From an uncultured Clostridia bacterium (GTDB lineage: Bacteria > Bacillota > Clostridia > Saccharofermentanales > Saccharofermentanaceae): a stretch of DNA of 64,000 bases. Below, piece after piece: positions 56,376-64,000 of this stretch (positions are counted from its first letter, which is position 1; each line of letters starts with the position of its first letter). The translations under genes and the position numbers were made by a program. The DNA lies in NCBI GenBank assembly GCA_946187935.1, contig CAMHSJ010000006.1, positions 25,450-89,449 on the forward strand, written 5' to 3'. The notes under the pieces are model-generated. The model had not been told where the DNA came from. It made no database searches and saw only the letters and a program-made list of their open reading frames with translations.

Positions 56376-59099
56376 ATGCCGGGCCGCTCAAAACTCGATA
56401 AAAAGAGAGGATATCTTCTTTATACCGCGATATTCGCGATTCTCTTCGCTCTATGTTTCTTCATAAGGCTCGTTTTGCTGATGCACAGATCCCCAATAAG
56501 AAGATCCGACGGACTTGAGCAGCACTTTATATGCTTCGTGCTCGTCGGAAGATGGATAAGGTCATTGTTTACGGGCTCCTTTGGGATGTGGAGCGATTCA
56601 ATGGGACTTGGCGGCGATATGTTCACATCGATGTTCGGCGCTTTTACCGATCCCATGTACTGGCTGTCGGCACTTGTTCCCGAGCGCTATGCCGAGTATG
56701 TTTTCGACTTGATGATCGTTCTCAAGGTGTACCTGTCGGGACTGAGCTTCATGGCATTCTGCTTCTTCCGCAAGAATAAGGTCTGGCCGTCTCTTGCAGG
56801 CGCCATAGTCTACACTTTCAGCGCATCGATGTACCTGGCGTTCTTCGAGTCCGTCTGTATCAGCTGGATGTACGTTCTTCCGATCCTCATGATAGGCACG
56901 ATAAGGCTCTGGGAGAAGAATAAGCCCGGACTGTTCATAGGAGCCCTCACATTTACCTTCATAAGCCAGTTCTACTTCGGCTACATGTGCGCGATGGTGG
57001 TCCTGGGCTACTGCATAGTAAGGGCGGTAATCGAACTTCTCGAAAAGAAGGAGACCTTCAAGGCGATACTCATGAAGGCCTTGAGGTTCATGCTGTTTGC
57101 GGGCCTTTCGGTAGGCATGGCAACGGTAAGCTTTTTGCCCGTGATAAAGCTTCTTATTGCTTCAGACAGGAGAGGCGTCGAATACTACATGCCTGTCCTT
57201 TACGACGCAAGATACTACTGCGCCTTCCTGGCAGGCTTTTCGAGCTATTTCAACATGCTCGGAAGGGACTGCTATCTGGGATTCTCCGTTGCCGCGCTGG
57301 TATGTGTTATCGCTTTATTCCTGCTGGGTAAGGGCAGGGGAGTCTTAAAGGCGGGATTCGTTCTTCTTACAGTGGGGCTCTGCGTGCCGTTCATAGGGCA
57401 TGTCATGAACGTCATGAGCTATCCTTCCAACAGATGGGTATGGGCATATGTTATGTGCGTATCCTACATAGTTACCGTAACGCTGCCGGGACTTGGCGAT
57501 CTGTCATGGGCCAAAAGAGGGATCCTTCTTGCCATATGCGCCGTATATGGTTATTTCTCCTGGACTCTTAACGACGGCTTTGCGCCGGGCGCTGAATATA
57601 CATACATGAGGCCTGAGTTCTACAAGCTTGCGGGCATAGGCGTATTTGCCATAGCTTTATTGCTGCTGCTCACATCCTGCTTCTTTAAGAAAGCGTACCC
57701 TTATACCGCGGTCACGCTGATCGGCATTTCAGTCATTATCCCTGCTTACATAACATTCCATCCCGAGAAGAGAAACCTGTTCGGAGATGAGATCCACGCC
57801 ACTACCGCATATGAGAAAGTAATAGACGGCGGCCTTACGGATGCTGCCAAGACGGCTGATCCTTCTGACGGCGAGAGGATGGAGGCATTTGGCATCTATA
57901 ACGTAAGAAATGCCACCTGGGTGACAGGCGTAAACAGCACGGACTTCTACATGAATGTCTGCAACAACTACGTTGAGAGCTTCATGAGGGAAGTGGGACT
58001 TGCCAAGAGCCCCTGGGCAGGCGGATACACGAGCTTCGATTCCAGGGCTGAGCTTGAAGCACTGATGGGTATAAACTACGTCGTAACTCCTGCCGATAAC
58101 TTTAACTCCGTGTCTTTTGGATATGATCAGGCGGGCACTGACGTTTATATCCATGATGCGGATGCCGTTATCCATCCTTCAGTCCTGGGTACGCATTCCA
58201 TCGCAAGCTTTATGGATAAGTCGATCTCATATGAGGATTACCTCACACTTGATATGCAGCAGAGACAGCAGGCTCTCATGCAGGCAGTGGTAGTGGATGG
58301 CGGATATGCCGATTCTTCCGTTAAAGATCTTGATATCTCTGATGACACAGTTGAGTGGACCATTGAAAGCCTGGATGGTTTAAGGAAGTTAGATGACGGA
58401 TTTGTCGCTGATATCGGTCAGGCATCGATGGTAATAAGCATGGATACGGTAAGGAACGCTAATCTCTATGTCGCAATAGAAGGATTAGACTTTGACAATG
58501 GTCACGATCTTGATGCCGAGCTGTTCTTTACGGCCGTATCAGATGAAGGCGAAGACATCTATACCAGAAACCGCTGGTTCATCAATAACAGGAACCACAT
58601 GTACGGCGGCATCACCGACTGGATAGTAAATCTCGGAAGTGTAACTGAGGACTGCTCTAAGATCCGCGTCGTATTCTCAAGACCCGGCACATACAAGATC
58701 ACATCGATAAAGATCTATGCAAGGGATATCGACCTTGGCGCTTCAGATATTTCAGCCCTTGATATGGCTGCGTCCCCATCTGATATCTCTTTTGATCAGC
58801 GCAGGAATACATACTCCATGCACATAGACAGCGATAAGGATCAGTATCTGTTCCTTGCCATTCCTTACTCAGAAGGCTGGACTATGACTGTCAATGGAGA
58901 GAAGACGGACATCTTAAGAGCCGATACCGGATTTATGGCAGTATACCTTAAGCCGGGCTCTTATGATATATTATTAAAATATAAGACTCCCGGTCTTACA
59001 GCCGGTCTTGGCATCAGTCTCTTAAGCGCCATTTTGTGTGCCGGTGTGATCTTTTGGGAGAAAAAAACTGTTAAACAGGGGAAGGTAGCTGACAAATGA
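56376..59099 (+). CDS. YfhO-family polytopic membrane glycosyltransferase (GT-C)
   Basis: DGLEQH first-loop motif, KVYLSG, GAIVYTFS, SQFYFGYM, C-terminal IPYSEGW..TVNG...I.RADTGFMAV.L..G; start ATG 56376 after GGAGG. Confidence 0.88.
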   Translation: MPGRSKLDKKRGYLLYTAIFAILFALCFFIRLVLLMHRSPIRRSDGLEQHFICFVLVGRWIRSLFTGSFGMWSDSMGLGGDMFTSMFGAFTDPMYWLSALVPERYAEYVFDLMIVLKVYLSGLSFMAFCFFRKNKVWPSLAGAIVYTFSASMYLAFFESVCISWMYVLPILMIGTIRLWEKNKPGLFIGALTFTFISQFYFGYMCAMVVLGYCIVRAVIELLEKKETFKAILMKALRFMLFAGLSVGMATVSFLPVIKLLIASDRRGVEYYMPVLYDARYYCAFLAGFSSYFNMLGRDCYLGFSVAALVCVIALFLLGKGRGVLKAGFVLLTVGLCVPFIGHVMNVMSYPSNRWVWAYVMCVSYIVTVTLPGLGDLSWAKRGILLAICAVYGYFSWTLNDGFAPGAEYTYMRPEFYKLAGIGVFAIALLLLLTSCFFKKAYPYTAVTLIGISVIIPAYITFHPEKRNLFGDEIHATTAYEKVIDGGLTDAAKTADPSDGERMEAFGIYNVRNATWVTGVNSTDFYMNVCNNYVESFMREVGLAKSPWAGGYTSFDSRAELEALMGINYVVTPADNFNSVSFGYDQAGTDVYIHDADAVIHPSVLGTHSIASFMDKSISYEDYLTLDMQQRQQALMQAVVVDGGYADSSVKDLDISDDTVEWTIESLDGLRKLDDGFVADIGQASMVISMDTVRNANLYVAIEGLDFDNGHDLDAELFFTAVSDEGEDIYTRNRWFINNRNHMYGGITDWIVNLGSVTEDCSKIRVVFSRPGTYKITSIKIYARDIDLGASDISALDMAASPSDISFDQRRNTYSMHIDSDKDQYLFLAIPYSEGWTMTVNGEKTDILRADTGFMAVYLKPGSYDILLKYKTPGLTAGLGISLLSAILCAGVIFWEKKTVKQGKVADK

Positions 59100-59872
59100 A
59101 GGTAGTACTTCTTGCAGGCGGTTTCGGCACGAGGTTTGCCGAGCAATCCGAATACAGACCCAAGCCTATGATCGAGATCGGAGGCATGCCGATCCTCTGG
59201 CACATAATGAAGGAATACTCCTACTACGGATTTAATGATTTCATAATCTGCGCAGGCTATAAGCAGCACATCATCAAGGAGTGGTTTGCCGATTATTTCC
59301 TCTACACGTCAGATGTTACTTTTGATTTCACGCAGGACAACAAGATGATCGTCCACAACAAGCGTGCCGAGCCCTGGAAGGTAACGGTCGTTGATACAGG
59401 TCTTCACACCATGACGGGCGGACGTATCAAGAGGATCGCTCCTTATGTCGGTAACGAGACCTTCATGATGACTTACGGCGACGGCGTCTGCGACGTTGAT
59501 ATTGCAGAACTTGCGAAGTTCCATAAAGAGCACGGCAAGATAGCTACCCTTACTGCAGTCAAGACGAAGCAGGATAAGGGCGTTCTCGATATCGTAGGCA
59601 ATACCGTACAGTCCTTCAGAGAGAAGAACGCGGCAGACGGCTTCCCGATCAATGCGGGTTATATGGTCTTCGAGCCCGGCATCTTCGATTACATCGAAGG
59701 CGATGATACTGTCCTTGAGAGGGCTCCTCTCGAGAAGCTCGCGAATGACGGTGAGCTCATGAGCTATATCCACGAAGGATTCTGGCAGTGCATGGATACA
59801 CAGCGCGAGCAGACCCTCCTTAACAAGTATCTTGAAACAGGCCACGCTCCGTGGAAGAAGTGGGAAGACTGA
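59096..59872 (+). CDS. rfbF: Glucose-1-phosphate cytidylyltransferase
   Basis: LAGGFGTR, KPMIEIG, DTG..TMTGGRIKR, TYGDGV, FWQCMDT. Confidence 0.96.
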   Translation: MKVVLLAGGFGTRFAEQSEYRPKPMIEIGGMPILWHIMKEYSYYGFNDFIICAGYKQHIIKEWFADYFLYTSDVTFDFTQDNKMIVHNKRAEPWKVTVVDTGLHTMTGGRIKRIAPYVGNETFMMTYGDGVCDVDIAELAKFHKEHGKIATLTAVKTKQDKGVLDIVGNTVQSFREKNAADGFPINAGYMVFEPGIFDYIEGDDTVLERAPLEKLANDGELMSYIHEGFWQCMDTQREQTLLNKYLETGHAPWKKWED

Positions 59873-59875
59873 CAT

Positions 59876-60961
59876 ATGGTTGATCTTAGCTGGTATAAAG
59901 GCAGGAAGGTCCTCATAACGGGACACACGGGATTTAAGGGAACGTGGCTTACAAGGATGCTCTTAAACGCAGGAGCCATCGTTACGGGCTACAGCTTAAC
60001 GCCTCCTACGGATCCTTCTCTTTTCGAGATGAGCGGAGTGGAAGACAAGATAACTCACGTAACAGGTGATGTCAGGGACATTGATCACATGCAGAAGGTG
60101 TTTTCTGAGACAGAGCCTGAGATCGTTCTGCACCTGGCTGCCCAGCCTATCGTAAGGGATTCATATAAGGATCCCAGATACACATACGAGACCAATGTCA
60201 TGGGTACGGTTAACCTCCTTGAGTGTGTAAGGAATACCCCTTCAGTTAAGAGCGTAGTAAATGTTACGACAGACAAGGTCTACCTCAATGAGGAAAGACA
60301 GGAAGGCTACAGGGAAGATGAGAAATTAGACGGCTTTGATCCCTATTCCAACTCCAAGAGCTGCAGTGAGCTCGTTACGCATTCCTACAAGAGGAGCTTC
60401 TTTACACCCGATATGGAGAAAGGCATAAGGACAGTTGCGGTATCTACAGCAAGAGCGGGCAACGTCATCGGCGGCGGCGATTTTGCGAACGACCGCATAG
60501 TTCCCGACTGCGTCAGGGCCGTATCAGCAGGAAAGAAACTCGAGGTCAGGAACCCTTATTCCGTAAGACCTTATCAGCATGTATTAGAGCCGCTCCTGGT
60601 TTATCTTACGATAGCAATGAAGCAGGAGATCGATCCTTCTTACCAGGACTACTATAACGTCGGACCTAATGACGAAGACACCGTTACCACGGGCGAGTTG
60701 GCAGACCTGTTCAAGTCATGCTGGGGCGAAGGCTTTGACTGGGAGGACAAGTCCGAAGCCGATGCACCTCACGAAGCAGGCCTTCTGAGGCTCAACTGCG
60801 GCAAGATCAAGAAGGTCTTCTCCTGGAAGGCAACATGGAATATCGAAGAGGCGATAAGAAAGACCGTAGAATTCTCAAGGGTCTATCTTGACGGAGGAGA
60901 CATCCCCTGTGAGATGGACAGGCAGATAAATGAATTTTTGAAGGAGGCCACATATGGCTGA
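59876..60961 (+). CDS. rfbG: CDP-glucose 4,6-dehydratase
   Basis: TGHTGFKGTWL, HLAAQPIVR, TTDKVY, DPYSNSK, ARAGNVIGGGD, RPYQHVLEPL, PHEA. Confidence 0.97.
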   Translation: MVDLSWYKGRKVLITGHTGFKGTWLTRMLLNAGAIVTGYSLTPPTDPSLFEMSGVEDKITHVTGDVRDIDHMQKVFSETEPEIVLHLAAQPIVRDSYKDPRYTYETNVMGTVNLLECVRNTPSVKSVVNVTTDKVYLNEERQEGYREDEKLDGFDPYSNSKSCSELVTHSYKRSFFTPDMEKGIRTVAVSTARAGNVIGGGDFANDRIVPDCVRAVSAGKKLEVRNPYSVRPYQHVLEPLLVYLTIAMKQEIDPSYQDYYNVGPNDEDTVTTGELADLFKSCWGEGFDWEDKSEADAPHEAGLLRLNCGKIKKVFSWKATWNIEEAIRKTVEFSRVYLDGGDIPCEMDRQINEFLKEATYG

Positions 60962-62294
60962 ATGGACAAGCGAAGAGCAGGCAAGAGAACAGATCAAGGC
61001 GCTGGTAGCTGATTACTACCACGACTTTAAGGAGAATAAGAAAGAGTTTAAACCGGGCGACCGCGTTAACTACGCATCCCGCGTTTTTGACGAGAAGGAG
61101 ATGATGAGCCTTACTGATGCGATGCTGGATTTCTGGCTTACGACAGGCAGGTTCTCTGATAAGTTTGAAAAGGATTTTGCGTCTTGGATCGGCGTTAAGT
61201 TCGCACACCTCGTAAACTCGGGTTCTTCTGCAAACCTTCTTGCATTCATGGCGCTTACGGCTCCTGAATTAGGAGATAGGCAGATCCTCCCCGGTGATGA
61301 GGTCATCACTGTTGCGGCAGGTTTCCCTACGACAGTTACACCTGTTCTGCAGTACGGAGCAGTTCCTGTCTTCGTTGACGTTACTATCCCTCAGTACAAC
61401 ATAGATGTAACTCAGCTTGAGTCTGCGCTTTCTCCCAAGACAAAGGCCGTCATGATCGCCCATACTCTGGGCAATCCGTTCGACCTCAAGGCTGTAAGAG
61501 AGTTCTGCACAAAGAATAACCTCTGGCTCGTTGAGGATAACTGCGATGCATTAGGATCAAGATACACTATAGACGGCGAGACCAGGTTCACCGGTACATG
61601 GGGCGATATCGGAACTTCATCTTTCTATCCTCCGCACCACATGACGATGGGCGAGGGCGGCTGCGTTTACACAAATAACCCGCTGCTCAATAAGATGATC
61701 CTCTCCTACAGGGACTGGGGAAGAGACTGCATCTGCCCTTCAGGAAAAGATAATTTCTGCGGCCACAGATTTGACGGTGACTACGGACAGCTCCCTCACG
61801 GATACGACCACAAGTATGTTTACAGCCACTTCGGCTACAACCTCAAGGTTACTGACATGCAGGCAGCAGTAGGATTAGAGCAGCTCGTTAAGTTTCCTTC
61901 GTTCATCGAGAGAAGAAAGCACAACTGGGCAAGGCTCAAGGCGGCGCTCGCGCCCGTATCAGACAAGATCATCCTCCCCGAGCCTGCTGAAGGCAGCGAT
62001 CCTTCATGGTTCGGCTTCCTCATCACAGTACCTGAAACTTCAGGCAAGACAAGAAATGAAGTCACGAGATATATCGAGGATCACAACATCCAGACAAGAC
62101 TCCTGTTCTCAGGCAATCTTACGAGGCACCCATGCTTTGATCAGATAAGAGGCACGGATAAGTACAGGGTCATAGGTGATCTTAAGAATACCGACTACAT
62201 CATGAACAACACATTCTGGGTCGGCGTATATCCCGGAATGACAGATGAGATCATCGACTACATGGCTAAGATCATCATAGAGGCAGTTGGCTGA
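60954..62294 (+). CDS. rfbH: CDP-4-keto-6-deoxyglucose 3-dehydrase (E1, DdhC)
   Basis: VNSGSSANL, EDNCDALG, SFYPPHH (His in place of the PLP Lys), WGRDC.C..G.DN.C Fe-S motif, HKYVYSH.GYNLK. Confidence 0.95.
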   Translation: MAEWTSEEQAREQIKALVADYYHDFKENKKEFKPGDRVNYASRVFDEKEMMSLTDAMLDFWLTTGRFSDKFEKDFASWIGVKFAHLVNSGSSANLLAFMALTAPELGDRQILPGDEVITVAAGFPTTVTPVLQYGAVPVFVDVTIPQYNIDVTQLESALSPKTKAVMIAHTLGNPFDLKAVREFCTKNNLWLVEDNCDALGSRYTIDGETRFTGTWGDIGTSSFYPPHHMTMGEGGCVYTNNPLLNKMILSYRDWGRDCICPSGKDNFCGHRFDGDYGQLPHGYDHKYVYSHFGYNLKVTDMQAAVGLEQLVKFPSFIERRKHNWARLKAALAPVSDKIILPEPAEGSDPSWFGFLITVPETSGKTRNEVTRYIEDHNIQTRLLFSGNLTRHPCFDQIRGTDKYRVIGDLKNTDYIMNNTFWVGVYPGMTDEIIDYMAKIIIEAVG

Positions 62295-62297
62295 TAG

Positions 62298-63239
62298 ATG
62301 AAGGCTATTGTTACCGGCGCAACAGGAATGCTCGCGATAGCGACGATAAACTGCCTGACAGATTCAGGCTATGAAGTCATCGCCATTGTAAGACCGGATT
62401 CAGCCAGGATCGATAACGTTCCGGTAAGTGACAAGGTAACTGTGATAAGCCTTGACATGGCAAATATCAATGAACTTCCGGACATCCTTAAGTCAGAAGG
62501 GTTGGATTCTGACATCAAGCTGTTCTTCCACTTTGCCTGGGACGGCACGCATGGCGATTCCAGGAACAACATGGATATCCAGACAGAGAATATCAAGACT
62601 TCCATAGAGGCTGTAAGAGCTGCGGGAAGACTTGGATGCGAGGCTTTCCTGGGAGCAGGCTCCCAGGCTGAGTACGGCAGGGTCAAAGATGGAACAAAGC
62701 TTGCGCCTGATACCCCCGCATTCCCTGAGAACGGTTACGGCATCGGCAAGCTCACGGCAGGCCTCATGACAAGGATAGAAGCTAAGAAGTATAACATGCG
62801 CCACATCTGGGTGCGCATCTTAAGTGTCTACGGGCCTTTTGACGGGATGCACACCATGGTCATGAGCGGCATCGGAAATATGCTCGAAGGCAAAAAAGCA
62901 AGTTATACCAAGGGCGAACAGCTTTGGGATTATATCTATGCCAAGGATGCGGCAAGAGCATTTGTCCTGGCAGCCGAAAAGGGCAGGGACGGAGCAGTCT
63001 ATCCCATCGGTTCAGGCAATGTAAGACCTTTAAGAGACTACATAACTGACATAAGGGATGCTGTAAATCCCGGCGTGCCCATTGGATTTGGCGAAGTAGA
63101 ATATTACCCCGGACAGGTTATGTATCTTTGTGCAGATATATCTTCGCTTACCAAGGACACGGGTTTTGTTCCGGAGTATACTTTTGAGCGCGGCATCAGG
63201 GAAACAGTTGAATGGTACAAGGAGCACTATTTAAAATGA
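62298..63239 (+). CDS. NAD-dependent epimerase/reductase (candidate CDP-3,6-dideoxyhexose 4-reductase)
   Basis: TGATG, GSQAEYG, YGIGK (YxxxK), SVYGP, WDYIY..D.A. Confidence 0.85.
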   Translation: MKAIVTGATGMLAIATINCLTDSGYEVIAIVRPDSARIDNVPVSDKVTVISLDMANINELPDILKSEGLDSDIKLFFHFAWDGTHGDSRNNMDIQTENIKTSIEAVRAAGRLGCEAFLGAGSQAEYGRVKDGTKLAPDTPAFPENGYGIGKLTAGLMTRIEAKKYNMRHIWVRILSVYGPFDGMHTMVMSGIGNMLEGKKASYTKGEQLWDYIYAKDAARAFVLAAEKGRDGAVYPIGSGNVRPLRDYITDIRDAVNPGVPIGFGEVEYYPGQVMYLCADISSLTKDTGFVPEYTFERGIRETVEWYKEHYLK

Positions 63240-64000
63240 AGAAGATAAGCGTACTCATACCATGCTTTAATGAGCAGGAAAATGTAGAGCCGATGGCAGA
63301 AGCCGTTAAGAATATTTTCGAGACCGAGCTTCCCGAATACGATTATGAACTGCTGTTCATAGACAATGACTCGACTGACCTGACAAGACCCAAGCTCAGG
63401 AAGATCTGCGAGGAGAACCCCAAGGTCAAGGCTATCTTCAATGCCAAGAACTTCGGTCAGTTCAACTCGCCTTACTATGGCCTTTATCAGACAACGGGTG
63501 AGTGCACCGTCTCCATGTGCTGCGACTTTCAGGACCCGGTTGAGATGATCCCCAAGTTCGTAAAAGAATGGGAGAACGGCTATAAGATAGTCTGCGGCAT
63601 CAAGGCGACATCCAAGGAAAACCCCATAATGAGGGCTCTTAGGACCATGTACTACAAGCTCATCAAGAAGATGAGCTCGGTAGAGCAGATAGAGCATTTT
63701 ACGGGCTTCGGCCTTTACGATAAGTCCTTCATCAAGGTCTTAAAGGACCTCAAGGACCCCACTCCGTTCCTTAGAGGCATCGTTGCGGAGTTAGGATACC
63801 GCCGCAAGGATCTTACTTACGAGCAGCAGAAGAGAAGGGCCGGCAAGACCCATAACAACTGGTATTCCTTATACGATGCGGCAATGCTGAGCTTCACTTC
63901 ATACACCAAGGTGGGTTTAAGGATCGCGACCATCGGAGGCTTCATCCTCTCGGCATTGTCCATGCTCGTTGCAGTCATCTATACGATCTTAAAGCTCTGC
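63236..64000 (+). CDS. GtrB-like GT2 polyprenyl-phosphate glycosyltransferase, truncated by window end
   Basis: Not in ORF track; ATG 63236 (ATGA overlap) reads MKKISVLIPCFNEQENV...FIDNDSTD...NFGQ...CDFQDP...TGFGLYD...PFLRG...GKT, entering a TM helix at window end. Confidence 0.88.
   Translation, partial: MKKISVLIPCFNEQENVEPMAEAVKNIFETELPEYDYELLFIDNDSTDLTRPKLRKICEENPKVKAIFNAKNFGQFNSPYYGLYQTTGECTVSMCCDFQDPVEMIPKFVKEWENGYKIVCGIKATSKENPIMRALRTMYYKLIKKMSSVEQIEHFTGFGLYDKSFIKVLKDLKDPTPFLRGIVAELGYRRKDLTYEQQKRRAGKTHNNWYSLYDAAMLSFTSYTKVGLRIATIGGFILSALSMLVAVIYTILKLC

Noticed and set aside
59309-59979. 205-aa and 71-aa antisense ORFs over rfbF/rfbG
   Set aside because: Shadow frames of conserved genes
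1-64000. tRNA, rRNA, CRISPR-Cas, prophage, integrase or transposase genes
   Set aside because: None recognised; intergenic gaps are short and examined. tRNAscan-SE and Infernal would be needed to exclude them formally

Overview
Chromosomal, mostly housekeeping DNA from a Gram-positive anaerobe of the class Clostridia. The gene set (GH94 phosphorylases, hprK-murB-rapZ-whiA, split transketolase) suggests a rumen/gut Saccharofermentans/Ruminococcus-like organism; this is inference, not verified. In order the window carries: a complete shikimate/tyrosine operon with a chorismate mutase-AroE-AroK triple fusion; a Na/Pi symporter; trmL; a polar amino-acid ABC transporter; a degenerate carboxyspermidine-dehydrogenase homologue coupled to a PAS-GGDEF cyclase; a small membrane ORF inside a structured intergenic module; a deoB-deoC fusion; a DEAD helicase; trkAH; a pair of COG0523/CobW proteins; dusB; a candidate sRNA; a degenerate CbiG; a sugar ABC importer whose first permease has a ~480-aa extracytoplasmic insert; an orphan HicB; cellobiose and cellodextrin phosphorylases; hprK-murB-rapZ-whiA; metA, nnrD, alr and tkt; and the start of a surface-glycan locus (YfhO GT-C, CDP-3,6-dideoxyhexose genes, GtrB-like GT2). 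I saw no rRNA, tRNA, CRISPR array, integrase or transposase. Best leads: the giant-loop permease in a cellodextrin locus, the dideoxyhexose glycosylation locus, the pseudo-dehydrogenase plus diguanylate cyclase operon, the promoter-to-hairpin sRNA at 26.5 kb, and a ~90-bp dispersed repeat. All family assignments are by motif recognition only; no database searches were run.
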